From Tubiluchus corallicola (Eukaryota; Animalia; Priapulida): 64,000 nucleotides of DNA. The stretch lies in contig JAQGDQ010000146.1 in the NCBI GenBank assembly GCA_030141605.1, positions 69,933-133,932 on the forward strand, in the 5' to 3' direction. A model generated the notes under the pieces. That model made no database searches and was not told where the DNA came from. It saw nothing but the letters and a program-made list of their open reading frames with translations. Both the position numbers and the translations under genes were made by a program. Below are positions 38,477 to 50,163 of the stretch, one piece after another. Each line of letters starts with the position of its first letter. Position 1 is the stretch's first letter.

Positions 38477-39121
38477 ATATGTGTGCTTGCAAACCAAAAC
38501 ATAAGTCGGTATAGTTAAGACTACGTTGTGCTGCTTCAAAGTACAATGACACAAAAATTTGGTCAAATGTTAATTTTTTTGTTTTTTATAAAAACAAACG
38601 CTAAATATATTGGGCTCTAATATTCTAGCATCAAATTGTCAAGAAAATGTTCAAAAAATACTAAAAATTTAACAAAATACTAAAAAATACTAAACCCCCT
38701 CCCCCTGTACTCACTTTTCTGGCTAGAAACTAGTAATGCAGTTGTACAAAACTTGTATTTTCTAACTCCGATTGTAGCTCGTGGAAGCAATAATTTTGCT
38801 TTGGGTTCTTTCTGAACATAACAGCAATGTTCTCTTGCAAAATCCATAGCAACCAGTGTTTGTACGGTTGCTAAGTGTTTTGCAGAAAGGTTTTACAAAA
38901 AACAATGGCTAACTTTAACACAATGATTTTCTCAAGATTACGTTTTTCAGAGTGTAGCCTGCACTTCATCTTCGACGTGGATTATCGCAGCTTAGAAATA
39001 ACATAAAGTGAACAGTTTGGTATCAAAATGATCCTCATGAAATGGAGATTCAGGATATGTGAATGATTACAAAAGCTTAATTACCGACTTATGGACGATT
39101 TTGCTATGCAAGCACACATAT
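38477..39121. mobile_element. MITE with ~45-bp imperfect TIRs
   Basis: ATATGTGTGCTTGCA..CATAAGTCGGTA..TTAAG at the left and its reverse complement at 39076-39121. Confidence 0.8.
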
Positions 39122-41059
39122 GGGGGTATATCTATGGCATCCAAATACCTTCTTCCTCTCTTATATTCCTTTTAAAATAAATAAAAAATGAATAATAGAT
39201 GCAGTGTTTTCATGTAAAGTTTAATTTTGATAATGCCAGCTAAAATGGCAGTTAGACAAATTAATCACAAACACATTTTTACACATGTAACTAATTTTAT
39301 TCATCAGCTTCTTCAAAAAGGCAAAGTTCTGCTCCCTAACTGTCCCCCTTGGAAAAGTGCAAGGGGGGCAGCTGCCTCCTCTGCTTCCGTGGCTCCAGCG
39401 CCCCTGCTACAGTACGAAGATATGTCTCCGTTTTTCTTTGGTGTTAACTTGTGACTTGTGACTGATAAAATTTATGCAGCACGAATCAGTTTAACACAGA
39501 CTCATACAGACATTAAATTTTGGCTTTTGGACGACGCCTTTTGACACAAAAGAATTCTCAAAAAACATATTTTTAGTGCATATACTTCAGTGACAGTATG
39601 TGTTATATGTATCTAAATTGAAGAATAACTTAGTTTTGCAATAAAATTGCACAACACTTCCATTAGTCAAAATCCCTTAGGAATCGTATTTAGTAGATTT
39701 TCCACTTTTGTGGTTTTTATTTACCATACTGGTTGCTCAAAATTGTTATTGTTACTGTAAGAATTTTATTTCTGTACGCAATGTGCCATAAGTTTGTTTA
39801 ATTATTACTTGTTAATATATTTCTAGTCATTTGCAATATCTTACATACATATTTTGCAAATATAAATTTTATTGAGGTTTTCTAGGCACAATATCTAGAT
39901 TTGTGTGTTAAGCACAAGTAGAAAAATCTTATGTACGCATTTTGCAAACCTAAATTTTATTACGGTTTTGTAGATGTATAGATTCGTGTATTAAACACAA
40001 GTAGGGCTGCATATAAATTTTAACAAATAAATTAATCATGTTTGTTGACAACTAAAGGCGCTGTCATCAGTATTATTGTGTTTACCATTTCGCCTGTACA
40101 GAAATGATTTAATGAAATCTGATAAAATTAAGATTGCATCTTAAAACTAATTGAATATTAGGCCTTTATCTCCTAATTGTACTTGCTTAAATCAGAGAGT
40201 ATACTAAATTTATAAGCTTTTACTAAACTAAACTATTTTATGTTTACTGCCTATTCATAGACTATCATTATCATAACTCCCAGCTTGAAAACATTTTTGA
40301 TTTTAAGTTACATACCTAAACCAAGGTTGGACCAAGGCTTTGGAATGACGTAAGTGATGAATTAAAAACTGTTCAGCCAATTCAAGAATTTAAAAAGAAA
40401 TACAGAGCAATGATTCTCAACAAGTACAATACTTCCTAATTTCCCACACCTACTGCAGCAGCCATACCACAATCCTGGTACAGATTATACAAAACAAGGC
40501 ATCATTGATAAATCTTTAGAGCTGATGTCAACATAGCGCAATCTATTATCTTTTTCTTCCTACCATTTCCATTAACACATCTTTTTACCCTTCCTGTGTG
40601 ATCTAACCTTTCTCCCAGTTCCTTTTTTGTTCACTCAGCCATTCTTTTTTTATCGGTTTCACGTGACAGTGGGCTTATACAAGCCTTTCCTTCTCTAGCC
40701 CACTGCAGTACAATTATTCTTTTATGATAACGATGGTGTATGAAACGTAACAATTTAACACAGTAGATCATCTACTGTAGATGTAATAATTTTGATCATG
40801 TCACTGTGTCTTAATGTCATTATATTGTACTGAATGTGATAATAATAATAAATAAAAAAATAATAATGTTTTGACATAGAAATTGGCTTTGGGTTGAAGA
40901 GGATAATAATATGAAAATTTTATGTGCTTACGTGTATGATTTATTAATTGCCAGACATATTTAGAAGATTTTAGGGTTACTTTGCAAAAATTGCGCCAGG
41001 ATAATTTCATTTGCAAGCCTAAAAATGCAATTTTTTCAAGACCAAGTATAATATTTAGG

Positions 41060-41285
41060 ACAGGTGCTGATTAAAGATGGAATTTCACCAGAACACCCAA
41101 AAGTGATATTAAAAAATTACGGTGCCCTTACAACTATCAAAGAAGTAAGACGTTTATTAGGTACTATAAATTTTTATAGAAATTATATATGATCATATTT
41201 TCATAATTATATACCAGACCATGCTACCATTGCAGAATCGATACTAAAATGGCTGGGAAAAATATTGTTTTGAACTAGATGCAGG
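41060..41285 (+). mobile_element. Gypsy RT-connection fragment
   Basis: TTIKEVRRLLGTINFYRNYI...PDHATIAE. Confidence 0.65.
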
Positions 41286-41741
41286 ATCGTGAGCTAGAAT
41301 TGGCAGTGGCGTAGCTAATGGGGTGGAAAGGCAGATCTCAACATCGCAACTACTATGCAGCACCCGCTAAATATAATTTAAAAATTCATTTGTCCTTCTG
41401 CTTTTAATTGCCGAAATGTTTGATAACTTCTTGTTTCATTTCTCTGCGGAACTTCTTTTTTCCTTGATGCCACTTTCCTTTTGCAACACACGCTAAAACT
41501 AAGCTCGTTTTCATACAAGCCGTTTGACACTATTTCAGAAATGAAGAGAAATTAGAGTAAGCCCCTTCAACAAATACCTATGTGCAAAGTAACTGTCAGG
41601 GAAAACTGATCATGTGGACAGAGTTCAGTGTCTTGAATGTCATTCTTTTGAAGGAGCCTGTGAACTAAGTACATGTATTACTACTATCTTGAATGTGGGT
41701 GGCGAGACTTGAAGACTGTAAAAAATATCTTGACCATATAG

Positions 41742-41772
<31 letters not shown>

Positions 41773-42397
41773 CGTCGACGACAATGATGATAACGATGAC
41801 AATATTGAAGAAGATAAGATGTTCATGACGACGATGAGGCCGATGATCAAGATGATGGTTGATAATATAAGTGCGTTTGTCAATTCTGTCAGTCCGAGCA
41901 TACCTCCGATCTGTCCACCCAGCTGTCCCACCTGCCTGTGTGCCAGCCCCACTTCATGCGTTTTCGACTATGAGAATTGGGAGACTTTTCCATAGACAGA
42001 CATGATTTTTATACGTTTCGGCACAATTTATGAGCATTCAACACCAGGGCTCATTACCAAGATGATGATTGTAGCAGAACAGAAATCAAAAATAATCTTA
42101 AATAGATAGATACATAGATAGATAGATAGAAAGACAGACAGACAGACAGATAGACGGAAAGGCAGGCAGTTAGGTAGACAGCAGACACACAGATAGACAG
42201 AGAAGGGGAGAGGGTGAGATGGCAATAGCATGGCAGCCTATAGGCCTACATGCACCATACTTTTAAATAATAGTTAAATATTTATCATTACTTATCTTTG
42301 GCCTGTTTATTAGCTAGGTAAAAGTTCGTCTCAATAGGCATACTCTGAGACTTTGGCCACATGCAGAATGTACTTGCGTTAGCACGTAGAGTCGAAA

Positions 42398-43204
42398 ATG
42401 GCTGGGCTTTCAAGTAAAAAACCGCATCAAGGAAAAGTTGCTGTCGTTACTGGGTCAACGTATGGAATTGGATATGGCATTACGAAACGACTAGCACAAG
42501 ATGGTGCCAGCGTAATGATCAGTAGTCGATCAAAAGAGAACGTTGATAAGACTGTTGAAGCGCTGAAAAGCGAAGGGCTGACAGTTAGCGGAACAGTGTG
42601 CGACGTCACGAAAGAAAGCGATTGGAAATCACTGATCGATCAAACCATAAGAGAGTATGGAGGAGTGGACATCTTTGTTTCAAATGCTGGTGGTGGCACT
42701 GAAGAACACGGTTTGGGGCCAATGATGGATACCACAGAAGAAGGTTGGGACTCCATGATGAAATTTAACTTGAAGTCGGGATTTTTCATCGCAAAAGCTG
42801 CCAGTGCCAGTATGGAGAGGAGAGGAGGTGGTAGCATCATTTTCATCACTTCAGTCTTTGGGTATCACGCGTGCGGTGGATGTGAGATGTTGCCCGGCAC
42901 TGCCTTGTACTCGCTGACAAAAACCGCCATTTTGGGTTTGGTTCAAGCGATGGCGCCACAGTGTGCTGAAAAAGGCATACGAGTGAATGCGATAGCGCCT
43001 GGTTTAATTGAGACACCAGCGAGTTCGATGTTGCCACAGTTTTGTCCAGATTTTACGGACAAATACAAGGCCCTATGTCCACTTGGACGGGTGGGAAAAA
43101 TAGAGGAGGTAGCTGGCATGGCGTCTTTTCTTTGCACACAAGATGCAAGCTACATGACTGGCGAGACCATTTCAATCTGTGGAGGGTTTCCAACTAGATT
43201 ATGA
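42398..43204 (+). CDS. DHRS4: Short-chain dehydrogenase/reductase, DHRS4/DHRS2-like, intronless, 268 aa
   Basis: GKVAVVTGSTYGIG Rossmann motif, LAQDGA.V.ISSR, SNAG, YSLTK catalytic motif, IRVNAIAPG, ASYMTGETI, C-terminal TRL. Orthology versus a lineage-specific copy is not established. Confidence 0.88.
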   Translation: MAGLSSKKPHQGKVAVVTGSTYGIGYGITKRLAQDGASVMISSRSKENVDKTVEALKSEGLTVSGTVCDVTKESDWKSLIDQTIREYGGVDIFVSNAGGGTEEHGLGPMMDTTEEGWDSMMKFNLKSGFFIAKAASASMERRGGGSIIFITSVFGYHACGGCEMLPGTALYSLTKTAILGLVQAMAPQCAEKGIRVNAIAPGLIETPASSMLPQFCPDFTDKYKALCPLGRVGKIEEVAGMASFLCTQDASYMTGETISICGGFPTRL

Positions 43205-43270
43205 CTGACCTATGTCGAGACCATTTCAATCTGTTGAGGGTTTCCAACTAGATTATGACTGACCTATGTC
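43163..43270 (+). repeat. 54-bp tandem duplication of the SDR 3' end
   Basis: 43163-43216 repeated at 43217-43270 with one mismatch. Confidence 0.95.
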
Positions 43271-43667
43271 AGATCATAAAAACATCATAAAAATATTAAC
43301 AACTGCATCTTTTGATATAGTTATAGTGTTGTGAGCTTTTTTGGTGTTATGAGCATTTTGGTGAAAATAAAAACTGAAATTCCAAGACTTATCGAATTCA
43401 ATCATAATTGGCAAAGGAAACATACTATAATTATACCTGGATTCAATTACATGTATACAGGTCGTTCCAGAAAATTTCACTGTAATCTTGTTTATAATGT
43501 GCTAGGCTATTTTGATATAAACTCGAATAACAAAATAGACTGTGAATTCTAAAATGGCTGAGTACAATTAGGTAGTAGGAATAAAATCATCGGAACTGTT
43601 TTGACGAGACAACAGAAAGATACATATTTGTATAAGTCAACAAGGTTTTTTAAAAATTAATGCCCCT

Positions 43668-43787
43668 TTTTACGGCCAAATCACGTTGAAAACACCGGTT
43701 CTCGTCTGCTCACCGAAGTTAAGCAACGTAGATCCTGGTTAGTATTTGGATGTGTGACCGCCTAGGAATACCAGGTGCTGTAGGCTT
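43668..43787 (+). pseudogene. 5S rRNA-derived sequence (SINE head)
   Basis: TACGGCCA..TCACGTTGAAAACACCGGTTCTCGTC...GAAGTTAAGC...TGGATGTGTGACCGCCT.GGAATACC.GGTGCTGTAGGCTT; ~120 nt, boxes A and C recognisable, no oligo-T terminator. Confidence 0.9.
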
Positions 43788-44260
43788 GCGGGATGCCCAC
43801 ACTGTATCTCGACACTAGGCCGAGGAGCTGCACAAGGTCGACGCTAGAGGGCGGAGGAGGTCATGTGACCCAACGGCCATGGGAGGAGTAAACCTTCCAA
43901 ATCAGGAGTGGAGCCCCGAAGGCGGACCAGTGCAGCATGCTCACTGACTCCGGCAGCTCCTGCAGCCAACCTGGTGCCAAACGTATCGCTGCGCTTTCCT
44001 TTGGACTACACCAAGGAGGAGGAGGAGAGGGGGTTCCTGTTGTCTGGGCAACTCAGGATCTCCATACACCAGGCGTGCGCCCAGGAGAGGCCACTCCAGT
44101 GACAGAAACAACACGGGAGGCAGCAGTTACGGCTGTCTAACTGCCGTTCAAGGATCGGACTGCTCAGCCACAGTCGACGCTGCAGCTCCATCAATGTGAT
44201 CAATAACTGACTCTCTTGGCGCACATTCCATTGTCTTCCGAGAAAGAAGGATGCCAACAA
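43668..44260 (+). mobile_element. 5S-headed (SINE3) bipartite RTE-derived SINE
   Basis: 5S head; GC-rich RTE 5' UTR-like body; RTE ORF end CRSRIGLLSHSRRC; RTE tail ccattgtcttccgagaaagaaggatgccaacaa. Confidence 0.8.
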
Positions 44261-44545
44261 TATTAACATTTCCACGGTATAATCTTCACGCTGCTGACAT
44301 ACAGTCATACTCGATACAAGTTATCTTTGTAGGGGATTGTTTCTATTTGCTTTGATATCAACACCAAACTCTATAAATTATATATTTGCCAAATACAGTC
44401 TCTAGTTAGTTTCTACCCGACGCTCAAACTCCACCCTCAAGACTTTCGTAGCCAAACTAATCGGTCATCGGGGAATATGGGCCCGAGTTCGAAATCAGCT
44501 TGTGATTTTTTTAGCTGTGAAATTAGCCAAATTCATGTGAAAATC

Positions 44546-44912
44546 GGGGCTTCCACAGAATTTTAAAATAAATTTCCCTGACTTTTCCCTGACTTTTCCC
44601 TGACCAAGATAAGCAGAAATTGTATACCTGTATACGTATTCAAACAATTTTGTGTATGGACATTCATACATATACTGATATGTAATGTGTCGACACAGTT
44701 GCAGTAGTGCTTACACTAATCCGCATTAAATAAACTTTCTTAATCCAATCATTATTTTTCGGAACAGAAATCGAAACTTGGAGCCTGCCATAGCAAAACT
44801 TCATTTGATCACGAATCACTGAAAAATATGTCTGGCAAAATATCGGTTCACGATGATTATTTTTGCAACCTTTTCCAATTTCCCTGACTTTTTACCAAAT
44901 TATCTTTTTCCC
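44546..44912. mobile_element. hAT-like MITE fragment with TTCCCTGAC subterminal repeats
   Basis: Starts cggggcttccac; repeated ttttccctgac; right end replaced by an RTE-SINE fragment. Confidence 0.55.
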
Positions 44913-45047
44913 AGGCGTGCGCCCTGGAGACGTTCAAGGATCGCACTGCTCAGCCACAGTCGACGCTGCAGCTCCATCAATGTGATCAATAACTGACTCT
45001 CTTGGCGCACACTTCATTGTCTTCCGAGACAGAAGGATGCCAACCAA
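44911..45047 (+). mobile_element. 5'-truncated, internally deleted second copy of the RTE-SINE 3' part
   Basis: Matches 44069-44088 joined to 44145-44260. Confidence 0.85.
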
Positions 45048-45103
45048 TGTCCGTTTTCAGTGCCTCTGAAATTTGACACTCCGTCTGCTTATCTATACAG
45101 CAC

Positions 45104-45511
45104 TAGGTGTTGTTCCGATAGATCGGTTTCCACTGTAATCAGTATCGGTTCGGATCGTTGCTTTTTTCATAATCGGAACAACACTGGCTCGACCGTGACA
45201 CCACATTCAGTGGACGTGCTGTCCTCACTGTAGTAAATTTTAAATTATAAAAGAAAGTTATCGTACAAATGCGTCAACACGAGGAATTCACTCACATTTC
45301 AACACAAACTGCAAAGTTCTCCAATTGCATAATTACTTGATATAGCTGATCTAAACAATAATCAATGATCGGTTAATTGGTATCGGTTTTGAAGAAATTG
45401 GTATTGGTTTTCAAAAAATCGATAATCTGTATCGGATCGGTTATCATTTTTGAGGGAAATCAACAGTCGGTATCGGATCGGATGGGTTTTTTGTGATCGG
45501 AACAAAACTTA
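45104..45511. mobile_element. hAT-like MITE with ATCGG subterminal repeats
   Basis: TIRs TAGGTGTTGTTCCGAT / ATCGGAACAAAACTTA; TSD not preserved. Confidence 0.7.
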
Positions 45512-46512
45512 TAACATTTCATTGTTAATTAACTAGAAGAATCTTGGCATATCTATACGGTAATGTTGCAAGTATTGTTAATATCCCTTATTATATAGGC
45601 CAAATAAGTATTGTTTTTATTATTCCTAATTTGACACGTAGTTTCACCAATTGTCAAGTTAAGATCCAAACAAAAACAGTAATTCAACCCCTCAACAATT
45701 ATTTATTTTTATTTTTTGCTAAACTATTATTAATATTATTATAATTATTTATATTTACTTAATTTACCAATAATAAATTATATTTACGAAAAATTTAAAT
45801 AAATAACTAAATAATAATGTATATATTAAATAAAATTCAGTAACGTCAAAACAAACTTTTATGCCAAGTGCTCCGTGAAGTCTAACTAAATAAATAGGGC
45901 CTATATACACCAACTTTAAATAATGAATAAAGTCGGCATTTAACAATATAATACTGTTATTTTCTTCGTAATTATTACACTATGCAAGCTGGAGAAGAAT
46001 CTTACTGATTTAGGTAATGCCTTTCTGCTATCAAATTTTGATATATGAATAAAATTACAAGAAAGGATTGATTAAAGGAATGGATGAAAAAGTGAGTAAA
46101 TGTCTTTCTGAGCAGCAATGAGCCTTTACGAAAATGCTTTCCTTTTGTTCACTTGGTGCATTGCTTCCTTTCTTTCTCAGTTATCTTATGACTCGTAGAG
46201 GTGCATTGCTGCTGCAGCAGTGCTGCTCTTTAATCTAAAAAGAACCAGGTGACAGATGAGGTGACTGCAACCTACTTTTTCAGTTATGATAAACTAGTGA
46301 TCATAGACCAACAAATTGTAGTTAAACCAGTTCACACATCTACTGAAGCAAATTAAATTTCCGTATGTTTTTGGTCATTTTTTATAATAATTGTATAACC
46401 GTTACATAACCAGCAGTCTACGCCTTTGGAGTTGATATCAATTTCGTTTGTAGCATGGCTGCATCCAGGCTGAAGAATTGTTTATCGTCTTTTCCTGCTT
46501 ACTGTTCAAGAC

Positions 46513-46517
46513 TTAGC
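46513..46517 (-). CDS. Predicted last coding exon of the short collagen (completes Gly, then TAA)
   Basis: Acceptor ttcattccctgtag, then GC TAA in phase 1. Confidence 0.55.
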
Positions 46518-46705
46518 CTACAGGGAATGAATGAAATGACTTACAAAATTTTTTCAACATCATGATACTCATTTCCTTTATCAATTTTTCATATGACACA
46601 TGTTTTCAACTTCAGTTATAATAACAGGCAGCATTTTTGCTACAATTCAAGCAATTTAGTAAAAAAAGACAGAACATTGACCGTAATTATGACAAAAACA
46701 CTCAC

Positions 46706-47545
46706 CGTATGTTCCTGGAAGTCCTTGAATACCTTGTGGCCCAGGTGGGCCAGGTAAACCTGGCGGGCCTGCATGCCCGGGTGCACCCGGTTCACCGGGG
46801 TGACCTTTCTCACCTTTATCCCCCTTTCCACCTGGATTACCAGGAAAACCAGGTACACCATCACTACCTTCTTTACCTGGTATTCCATCTATGCCTGGTG
46901 CACCATCTGCACCAGGTGTGCCATCAGCTCCTGGTGGACCAATCTTGCCTTGAGGCCCAGGAGCACCATCTTTTCCTGGAACACCTGGTATGCCAGATTC
47001 ACCTTGTTTGCCAGCTATACCAGGCTGTCCTGGCTTTCCACTAATTCCTGGCAGTCCGGGTTTTCCGGGATCACCTTTATCACCAGGATGCCCTTTTTGC
47101 CCAGGACTTCCCTTTTTTCCATCTTTGCCAGGCATGCCTTGAATACCTGGTGTTCCTGGATGTCCCGCTATACCTGGTCTGCCAGGATTGCCTTGGTGTC
47201 CCCGTATGCCTGGTTTGCCTGGTTCGCCATCTTTGCCCTTCTGTCCAGGCACCCCCTGTACTCCTTGAGATCCATACCTTCCGTCTGCACCAGGCACCCC
47301 TGGAGCTCCTGGTTCTCCTTTATGTCCCTTTGTACCTGGTGAACCAGGACGTCCTTCTTTTCCATCATGACCATTCAGGCCAGGTGTTCCAGGTTCGCCA
47401 ACTGGGCCTGCAACACCAGGGCGTCCTGGCAGGCCAGAATATCCAGGATGACCTTTATCTCCTTTTGGTCCTCTTGACCCAGGATCTCCTTTAATTCCCC
47501 TACGACCTCGCCTTCCTGGTGGGCCTGGTGGGCAAGTGTAGCATC
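46706..47545 (-). CDS. Collagen triple-helix exon: CYTCPP plus 91 uninterrupted Gly-X-Y
   Basis: 840 bp, phase 1-1, acceptor catttag and donor GTGAGT; triplets counted from the ORF. Confidence 0.93.
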
Positions 47546-48998
47546 CTAAATGTGCAATCAAGCATTTATTGTGGCTATTAGATTACTCACTTGTGATTAA
47601 CTCTGTAAAGCTGTTCACTTCACCATGATGATGTTCTCGTTAAGGTAATACCATACTAAACTATGACATTTACTCATTATGAGATAAACAATGCGTACTA
47701 AATTTTCTCAAATTTTGATTATATGGCAATTGTAAACACGTATTTATAATCTGCTAACAGCTAGCTTACTATTACCATCATTTCAGCGTAGTTTTTTTTA
47801 TACTGCCTTGATCATCATATCATGGAGCGTGGGCCACCAGGCATTCATTTCCCAAAAAATATTTCAGTACTAGACATGATCAATTTTTCTATGGTTAAAT
47901 GTTGTTTCAATAGGCAAAATTCTTTGACCGTCGACAATGGCATGATCCTGCCTTCAATTAGATGCTTTTAGTAGTTTCTTTCTTACTTTAATACTTTTCT
48001 TTCTGACAGTACACCACAAGTTGTTGGTTAGAGTGAATGTTTAAAATGAAAATAGCTAGAGTTTTGGTTATCAACATCAAGCTGATTTTCGATTTGTTTG
48101 TCAATGTAACGTTATTTTTGTTTTTTTAACTAGTAACTTTAATTTGTTTCTAATTCAACTTTTTAATACCGCTTTTTCATGAATTTTGTATATTTTATTT
48201 TACTGACGGGTGCATTCCTTCAGTTCACTTTATATGTAGTTTTAATAATGAGCCTCTCTGCACAGCTGATGAAATTCGTGAGGAACGAACCTTCTTATGA
48301 AAAATAAAGAATTGTTGAGACTTAAGGGGCATTCTGACTTCCTGCAAACAAAGTTTGCTCATAAACTCATAACGACAACCTACACCACTCGCGGCACACC
48401 CACTACACTGCACTAGACAATCCACAACCGACCACACCCCAAGGGACAAACCATACCACCACACACCTATCCATACCATCGTGGCTAGCACCGATAGTGA
48501 TGACAATGATGGCGACGACAACAAAAACAACCGCATAGTGTAGCCACACAAAACGTTTTGCACAAAGCTGAAAACCTGTGCAATGAAAAATGTATTAGAC
48601 CCATACGCGAATGATCAATAATGTGCCCATCTTCTACATAGCCTTTGCTTACTGCTCCAGCAGTGATGGTCATGTAAGCTAACTCTTAGCAAATATAAAT
48701 ACTTAGCAATACCCTATTTCAAAAATACTTTCCACACCCAAAATATTTCTAATGTATAAAATACACAAATTAGTAATCGACTAGGAATCAATTTTAGTTC
48801 TTTTAAATCGGTAACCAGAAAAGTATGGAATTGAATTATCACCATTCAATAGAAGAGGTTTAATTAACTAGAGATAAAATTTCCGATCGAATTAGTAATC
48901 ATAATCAATAATCAATAAAAGCAGACAAAATCCTACAACTTTATCCTGTCGCAGTTCTGCCACTCCTGCTTCTTATTACTCTCACTGCTGTGGAAAGA

Positions 48999-49059
<61 letters not shown>

Positions 49060-49101
49060 GTTAGCTAATTATAAAGTCAGCAGCTATAAAGCATAACTTA
49101 C

Positions 49102-49152
49102 TGTATCTGCGTCCGTATCTGCCACGTCGGTACCCGTCTTCTTCTTCTGAAT
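49102..49152 (-). CDS. Collagen upstream exon with basic, convertase-like site (YSEEEDGYRRGRYGRRY)
   Basis: 51 bp, acceptor tttcag and donor GTAAGT; phase 1-1 joins in frame to the collagen exon. Confidence 0.7.
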
Positions 49153-50163
49153 CTGAAACCAGTTATTATGATAAATTATAAAATAATTCCATGACGTTGA
49201 CACTCGTTCGAGACCCTCTCCCTCACCAACAACAGTTTTAAGAACGACAAAGGCATGATTATCTTGCAGATATTAGTAATGTCAACCCACCAAAGAGCCG
49301 CTTGACAGAGAATTTAATTAGTATAGACCTGGCTCTAAATGTTTTGGATGTCAGTAAGGTAAGGCGAAGTAAGGTAAGGTAAATACTTTAAAACCGTAAT
49401 ATCAAAACAATCAGTCACAGAGAAAGAAAATAACAAGTTTAGTGTAGGGGTGGAAGATGGCCTTCTTAGTGAGCCACCCTTCTAATTCAACATAAGTAAT
49501 ATACACAATATAAGTAATAATAATGTATAAGTAATACATTTAAAGTAAGAGGAAATTTAATTACCAATAAAACAGAATGAAAAAATAAGAAACTGCTTTC
49601 TGTTTTGTATTGCTTAATTATGTAGTAATAATAAAAATTAATGTTAAAATTTAGCAATGCTTTCTAAATTAAACCTGAAACCCACCAGTGTCTAATGATC
49701 GTTTCCTATACCCAGTGAGTTATATAAATGTCAAACTAAATATACATGGAGTATATAAACTAACCAACCCAGCAAAATATAATTTTGCACAGAATACTAC
49801 AACGATAACCCACACCACACCACCCACACCACGTCATATACACCACACACCACCCACACTACATCTCCTGCAACACATTACGCATTCACCAATGGTACTA
49901 CTAACTCTTAGCGGATACAATAGCAGAGCTAACATAATGGAAAAAATAGACCTACCCAAAAAATTGCAAGAAAACCTTTTTTTATGTTTTCTTGCAGTAT
50001 TTGGTTCAGAAAATACCATGTCCAAATCAGGCCAAAATCAGAGCACTGCATAGGGCTTAATTATGACGTCAAAAAAAGATGGCCACCATTTGACCACAAT
50101 GAATGGGTATTTAGTCTACCAGAATGATTCAAAAGCACGAAACGTTGCATAGTGCTAGAGTTC

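Noticed and set aside
43668-43787. Functional 5S rRNA gene
   Set aside because: Solitary, with several substitutions in conserved positions, no oligo-T terminator, and fused to an RTE body.
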